Positions 62,296-64,000 of a stretch of DNA of 64,000 nt are shown here, piece after piece. This DNA comes from Octopus vulgaris (Eukaryota). Location of the stretch: positions 26,412,001 through 26,476,000 of the forward strand of contig OX597814.1 in the NCBI GenBank assembly GCA_951406725.2. The letters are read 5' to 3'. How positions within the stretch are numbered: the first letter of the stretch is position 1; the number at the start of each line of letters is the position of its first letter. The notes below the pieces were generated by a model that saw only the letters and a list, made by a program, of their open reading frames with translations, was not told where the DNA came from and searched no databases. A program made the translations under genes and the position numbers.

Positions 62296-62831
62296 AATCC
62301 AAATACTAAGAAGACAGAAATTCTTTAACACATCTTTAATGATTTGTTACAATTGTTTCTGAACCAACTCTGCTTGCAATGCCTGTTTATGCAAAAATTT
62401 AAAGTGAAAATTTACATAATGTTTGCAGTTTTAGACATTTGAATGGCACTTCATCAGACTTGTGCATCAAAGGTATGCTATCACGTAGTGTGTTTTCCAG
62501 ACATTATTTCTTGGTTATATCAGGATGAAACAAAAGTAAATAAAAGTGTGTTCAGAGGATGAATAATTAGCATAGAGATCATGAAGCGGGGGATAAAGCA
62601 GAAAAATATTAAGAAGAAGTAAAAGGAGAAGAAAGACGTACAATGTAATAGAGCACCTTTGATGCAAGTCTGATGAAGTGCCACTTAAATGTCTATAATC
62701 GCACACATTACATAAATTTTCACATCAAATTTTTGCATAAACTGGCATTGCAAGCAGAGTTGGTGCAGAAACAATTGTAATGAATCATTAAAGATGTGTT
62801 AAAGAATTTCTGTTTTGTTATTATTTGAATT
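62296..62831. mobile_element. ~190-200-bp inverted repeat pair, each arm carrying a hammerhead-like motif (PLE pLTR-like; MITE is the alternative)
   Basis: Arms ~62296-62497 and ~62631-62831; plus CTGATGA 62670-62676...GAAA-CAATTG-TA 62768-62779; mirrored on minus (tcatcag 62451-62457, tacaattgtttc 62348-62359). Confidence 0.75.
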
Positions 62832-62856
62832 GCGTGTGTGTGTGTGTGTGTGTGTG

Positions 62857-62912
<56 letters not shown>

Positions 62913-64000
62913 GGGAAAGAGAGAGAGAAAGAGAGATAATCAGCCTTATTCTTTCATGATTAGTTTGTAATTAAATACTGACCAGCCGGTTTCCTAGAAG
63001 TAGTTAGTAGTAGTAGTTTCTTAATTAGGTGTGAAGTATTCATGAGGAAAAAACTGCCCAAAGCAAGGTCTGAACTTACAATCACAAAGCCAGACATTCA
63101 GTACCTTATCTACTTAAAATACTGTATAAAACAAAAGCTGCTGTCAATGTGGAATCCTTTATGTGGTCATTTAATCTTCTAGAAACAACAACCAAGTCTC
63201 CTTCAAATCAGACCCTATTGACTTAAATAAAGGATACATAGAATAATGTATCCTTAGGCAAATGACAACAACAATATGAACAATTACAGAAACAACAGTA
63301 ATAATCCTGCATAGACATTGAAATTTCATATGTAGAAGAGGGAGATTTCCAGTGCCATTCATATCTTTCTTAAAGATAAACAAACTAAGCAAAGCAGTTC
63401 TGTTTCGGAATTGAAATTGTATTAACTGACTGAAACAACTGCTGCAACACTCAAAAATTTACCAGATAACTGAATAAGTGAATGTTTTGGAATACAGGAT
63501 TTGTTCTGTTTTGTTTTAATTTTTGATGCAGCTGCTTCTTTTCACTTTTTTTCCAGTTTTATTTAGCTAACAGTCTTTTTGTTTCTTTGCTTGTTTTTCT
63601 TTTTCTTTTTGTTTCCTAGAATTAAACATTCATGGAAATTTTTTCCTTTTTTTTATTTCTACTGAATTAAGTCTCACCTCTTAAGTGAATTGGGTTAAAG
63701 TCAATACATTAACAACAACATTGATGTAGAGATGCTGGAGTGCTGACAATCCTAAGTAAATAGTACAGTGAATGGTTATTTTAGATTGTCTCATTGATCA
63801 ATGCTGACTAAATTGCTTAAGCTTTGTATAGTGACCTACCCACGGACACCATTTGCCTCTGCCCACCCAGCTTCACATATCATTATCAGTAGTTTTATCG
63901 TCGTGATCACATTAGTGGTGACAAACAGTTTACTTTGTTCCTACTAACATTGAATTCTCACTCAGACCACTCCCCACCTATCCAAAAATCAATTAATCTG

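Noticed and set aside
231-63392. Most ORFs in the supplied track (YIYI/CVCV/HTHT, poly-S/T/V/H, F/L/S-rich)
   Set aside because: They are translations of microsatellites, purine tracts or SINEs, with no domain content or splice-supported structure

Overview
AT-rich, CpG-poor, repeat-dense animal genomic DNA. The SINE families and microsatellite load are typical of an octopus/coleoid cephalopod; this is inferred from recalled repeat sequences, not from a search. I found no credible host protein-coding exon, rRNA, tRNA or CRISPR array. Nearly all ORFs in the track are translations of (TA)n, (TG)n or trinucleotide repeats. The window holds dozens of SINE copies from at least five families (labelled A-E here) and decayed LINEs: R4/Dong-like RLE, RTE and CR1/L2/Jockey-like. 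It also holds a Penelope-like (PLE) reverse-transcriptase relic, two mariner derivatives and a non-autonomous hAT element with a perfect 8-bp TSD. The most notable signal is four unrelated loci (about 4.1, 35.8, 41.6 and 62.3-62.8 kb) that fold as type I 'minimal' hammerhead ribozymes (CUGANGA...GAAA, palindromic loop III, UH). Three of the four lie in inverted-repeat structures and all sit just upstream of a dinucleotide microsatellite, which fits PLE pLTR or retrozyme-like elements. Boundaries of degenerate repeats were read by eye and are approximate.
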